Below, piece by piece: positions 60,936 to 64,000 of a DNA stretch of 64,000 nt. Below the pieces are notes generated by a model, which was not told the DNA's origin, did no database searches, and worked only from the letters and a program-made list of their open reading frames with translations. The stretch comes from an uncultured Actinomycetes bacterium (lineage in GTDB: Bacteria > Actinomycetota > UBA4738 > HRBIN12). A program made the position numbers and the translations under genes. The stretch covers positions 57,904 through 121,903 of the forward strand of contig CAWGKU010000006.1 of assembly GCA_963823255.1 (NCBI GenBank). The letters run 5' to 3'. Numbering within the stretch: position 1 is the first letter of the stretch; every line of letters starts with the position of its first letter.

Positions 60936-62724
60936 CCGCGCTCCTTCGCTTGGGTCAGGTGGACTCGGGCGAGCGCGTACGATACCCCTTCCTGTCGAAC
61001 CCGCGCTGGGGGACGTCCTGAACGAGCCGCATCGACCGATCACGCAGGCGTCTGCACGGTCGGTCACGGACGCCCCGGCGACCCCCGAGGTGGCGCCGGG
61101 ACCCGCGGCGCCCGAACCGCCCGCGAAGCCGGCCGGCCGCACGGTGCGGATCTTCGGGCGCAGCTACCCGTTCGTCGCGCCGAACATCCGCGACCCTCGG
61201 CTCCACCTCGCGGCGGTGATCATCTCGATCCATTTCTTGGGCCAGATCGCGCTCGGCTTCCGAGTGTCGGTCCCGCAGATCCTGGTGGCGATCCTGGTCT
61301 GCGCCGTCATCGAGGTCGGGTGGACCCTCCACGAGACGGGCACACTGGTCTGGCCGGCGAGCGCGATGCTGACCGGCAGCGGCGTCGCGCTGATCCTGCG
61401 TCTGAGCGACATGCAGAGCAACGACCACTGGACCTGGCGGGGCTGGTACGTGTTCGCGCTCGTCGCGGGGCTGTCGCTGCTCACGAAGTACGTGATCCGC
61501 TACCGGGGCTCGCACATCTTCAACCCGTCGAACGTGGGTCTGGTCGCGGCCTTCCTGCTGCTCGGCAGCACCCGGATCGAACCGCTCGACTTCTGGTGGG
61601 CGCCGTTCGACGGCTGGATGGTCGCGGCCTATCTGATCATCCTCGTGGGCGGTCTGCTGATCACGGCCCGCCTGCACCTGCTCGGGATGTCGGCGGCGTT
61701 CTGGCTCACGCTCGCGGTCGGCATCGGCGTGTTGGCCGCGTCGGGCCACTGCATGACGGCCCGGTGGTCGTTCGAGCCCGTGTGCGGGGCGCACTTCTGG
61801 TGGGTGATCGTGTTCTCGCCCGAGATCTTGATCTTCCTGTTCTTCATGATCACCGACCCGAAGACCTCACCGGCCGGGCGGGTCGCGCGGGTCGCGTTCG
61901 GGATCGGCGTCGCGATGGTGTGCACGTTGTTGATCGCGCCGCAGACGACCGAGTTCGGCGCCAAGGTGGCGCTGCTGTCGGGTCTGGTCGTGCTGTGCGT
62001 GGCGCGCCTGTTCCTCGAGCGTTTCCTGCCCGCTGCGGGCTCCGAGCGCGATCGGCTCGGCGCGTTCGTCGCCCGGCCAGGCAGGCCCGGCGACGGAGAC
62101 CTCGCGCCCCGCCGCGCGCTCGCGCGAGGGGCGATCGCCGGCGCGGCGGTCGTGCTCCTGAGCACCGCGGTCGTCGTGGCGGGGACGCCGGCACGGGAGG
62201 CGTTCGTTTCGGCGAGCGCCTCGGCGGCGGCAGGTCCGAGCACACAGCCAGCGCTCGATGTCCACGTCGATCCCTCCACGCTCCCCAGGGTCAGCGTCGA
62301 CTTCGACGTCACGGAGCGCGGCGACCTGTCGCAGGCCGACGCCCAGGACGTCGCGCTCACGCTCGCCGAGAACCTGGAGGTCGAGGCGCAGGCGCTCCGG
62401 CGAGGCGAGCAGAGCCTCCTTGCCTCCGTGGACGTCGGCGCCCGGCTGGCCGCGCTGCACAAGCAGGTCGAGGACGTGATCCAGACGGGGCAGGCGGTCG
62501 TCCCGCACTACACCTTCGAGTCGATCCAGGTCGTCCTCGTCCACACACAGGGCCAGTCGGGGCTGAGCCTCGGCCTGCAGTCCAGCGGGACGGTCGAGCG
62601 GGTCACGTACGGGGTGGACGGGACCGAGCGTTCGCGGGAGACCTCACCGTTCGCCCGCACCTTCGTGCTGAGTCGGCCGACCGGCGCTCGCTGGCTCACG
62701 GTGGACACGCAGCCGAACGACTGA
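60916..62724 (+). CDS. large polytopic membrane protein (about 10 TM helices) with a ~230-aa C-terminal soluble domain; start uncertain (60907-61150)
   Basis: Hydrophobic core ...SHIFNPSNVGLVAAFLLLG...FWWVIVFSPEILIFLFFMITDPKTSP... Possibly NqrB/RnfD-like, not confirmed. Confidence 0.4.
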   Translation: MGSVGIIRAPSLGSGGLGRARTIPLPVEPALGDVLNEPHRPITQASARSVTDAPATPEVAPGPAAPEPPAKPAGRTVRIFGRSYPFVAPNIRDPRLHLAAVIISIHFLGQIALGFRVSVPQILVAILVCAVIEVGWTLHETGTLVWPASAMLTGSGVALILRLSDMQSNDHWTWRGWYVFALVAGLSLLTKYVIRYRGSHIFNPSNVGLVAAFLLLGSTRIEPLDFWWAPFDGWMVAAYLIILVGGLLITARLHLLGMSAAFWLTLAVGIGVLAASGHCMTARWSFEPVCGAHFWWVIVFSPEILIFLFFMITDPKTSPAGRVARVAFGIGVAMVCTLLIAPQTTEFGAKVALLSGLVVLCVARLFLERFLPAAGSERDRLGAFVARPGRPGDGDLAPRRALARGAIAGAAVVLLSTAVVVAGTPAREAFVSASASAAAGPSTQPALDVHVDPSTLPRVSVDFDVTERGDLSQADAQDVALTLAENLEVEAQALRRGEQSLLASVDVGARLAALHKQVEDVIQTGQAVVPHYTFESIQVVLVHTQGQSGLSLGLQSSGTVERVTYGVDGTERSRETSPFARTFVLSRPTGARWLTVDTQPND

Positions 62725-62769
62725 TCGGCGCGGTCAGGCTCGGTGGAGCGCAGCCGGCCTCTGTGGAGG

Positions 62770-63569
62770 TCGGCCGGGTTCAGTGCAGCTCGGCCAGGTC
62801 CTTCTGCGTCACCTCGCCGGGCCGCTTGCCCAGGATGATCATGGCCAGGACCTCGTCGGTCGTGACGTCGGTCCTTCTCGACCGTGCCGACCAGCTTGCC
62901 CTGGAGCATCACGCTGATCCGGTCGGACAGGTCGTACACGTCGTGGATGTCGTGGCTGATCAGGAAGATCCCGAGGCCCTCCTCGCGGAGCTGCTTGATC
63001 AGGTCGCCGACCTGCTTGGTCTCGGCCGGGCCGAGCGCGGCGGTGGGCTCGTCCATGATCAGGATCCGCGCGTTGAAGTGCACCGCGCGCGCGATCGCGA
63101 CCGACTGGCGCTGTCCGCCGGAGAGCGAGGCGACCGGCACCACGAAGTTCTGGAACTTCGGGTTCAGCCGGCCCATCAGCTTGCGGGTGGCGTCCTCCAT
63201 CGCGCTGTCGTCGAGGTTGCCGAACCGCGTCGTGAGCTCGCGTCCGAGGAACACGTTCGCCGGGCGCGTCGATGTTGTCCGCGAGCGCGAGCGTCTGATA
63301 GATCGTCTCGACGCCCAGCGCCTTGGCGTCGCGCGGGCTGCGAGATCGTCACCGGCTCGCCGTCGATCAGGATCTGTGCCCGAGTCGGCAGGGTGCGCGC
63401 CCGACAGCGTTCGGATCAGCGTGGTCTTGCCCGCGCCGTTGCCGCCGACCAGGCCGACCACCTCGCCGGGATACAGGTCGACGGTCACGTCGTCGACCGC
63501 GTGGACGCCTCCGAACGCGACGCGGATGTCGCGCAGCTCGACCAGCGGCGAACCCGACCGCGTCCGTCA
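62770..63569 (-). pseudogene. sugar-type ABC transporter ATP-binding protein; compensating frameshifts
   Basis: LYPGEVVGLVGGNGAGKTTLIRTLSG (Walker A), junk, then [14 protein letters not shown]...[11 protein letters not shown] (signature and Walker B). The N-terminus VTDAVG...LVELRDIRVAFGG is in a third frame. Confidence 0.5.
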
Positions 63570-64000
63570 CTTGGCCGCCCTCCGCCGGACGATCGTGTCG
63601 AGGGTCACGGCGAGGACCAGGACGATGCCCACGACGATGTCCTGCAGCGGGCGCCTCGATCCCCATCAGGACCATGCCCGAGACGAGCGACTGCATGACG
63701 AGCGCGCCGAGCACCGCCCCGGCGATCGTGCCGACGCCGCCGGCTGAACGACGTCCCGCCGATCACCGCGGCGGCGATCACGTTCAGCTCCATGCCCGGT
63801 GCCCAGGCTGCTCACCGCGGCGTTCAGCCGGGCGATCTGCACCGCGGCGGCGAGCCCGACCAGCAGGCCCATCAGCGCGAACGTCTTGACGATCGTCCGC
63901 TTGGTCTTGATGCCGGCGAGCTCGGCCGCCTCGGGGTTGCCGCCGATCGCCGTAGACGTAGCGCCCGAACCGGCGGCGGGTCGCGATGAACGTCATCACG
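63570..64000 (-). pseudogene. ABC transporter permease (RbsC/BPD-type) fragments, running off the window end
   Basis: [14 protein letters not shown] / [24 protein letters not shown] / [15 protein letters not shown] / [19 protein letters not shown] in three frames. Confidence 0.4.

Noticed and set aside
60936-61090. Possible SAM or cobalamin riboswitch upstream of the MetE-like gene
   Set aside because: No B12 box (GCCACTG) and no recognisable SAM-I or SAM-IV core in either orientation, and the leader is short (about 150 nt). Not supportable without a covariance-model search.
1-64000. tRNA / rRNA / mobile elements
   Set aside because: No T-loop-like GGTTCGAATCC-type motifs were seen in the few intergenic regions, no rRNA-like conserved stretches, and no transposase, integrase or recombinase ORFs. 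The intergenic space is small and covered by promoters and riboswitch.

Overview
High-GC (~70%) chromosomal segment of actinobacterial type: GTG/TTG starts, 4-nt GTGA/ATGA start-stop overlaps, many leaderless starts and several F420-type enzymes. About 65 protein-coding genes are packed into short, translationally coupled operons. Calls were made by reading the six-frame track against remembered family signatures; no database search was possible. Order of content: F420 LLM oxidoreductase (partial) and NDP-sugar pyrophosphorylase; ZAS anti-sigma/ECF sigma pair; NfeD-SPFH membrane pair; a second ECF sigma with its downstream membrane partner; membrane cupredoxin; HTH regulator divergent from apbC; lgt; PAP2 phosphatase; a four-gene membrane-protein/CPBP-protease/PNPOx/SRPBCC operon; SAM methyltransferase; pepA; NCS1 permease under a TPP riboswitch; hutI/hutH/hutU interrupted by an L,D-transpeptidase and a DUF983 protein; a cbs-DUF429-cgl transsulfuration operon; a ~5.7 kb signal-transduction island (REC-adenylate cyclase, REC, sensor histidine kinase, NTF2-like lipoprotein, LuxR-type regulator, HisKA_3 kinase) broken by roughly twenty frameshifts; cupin; VOC protein; DUF4177/CoA-binding/Nudix operon; M20 peptidase; flavoprotein disulfide reductase; erpA; cupredoxin lipoprotein; FrhB-like Fe-S/F420 oxidoreductase; PAS-PAS remnant; fdxA; a second LLM; alpha/beta hydrolase; saccharopine dehydrogenase-like protein; two aldehyde dehydrogenases plus gabT; MFS exporter; CphA_N-Mur-ligase-like protein; MetE-like methyltransferase; a large membrane protein; and a decayed sugar ABC transporter at the window edge. 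No tRNA, rRNA, CRISPR, transposase or integrase was found. Long ORFs in the track that overlap real genes in other frames or on the opposite strand are Arg/Pro/Ala/Gly-rich GC artefacts. Isolated single frameshifts inside otherwise intact housekeeping genes (about one per 3-5 kb) suggest indel errors in the sequence, so coordinates of frameshifted genes are approximate.
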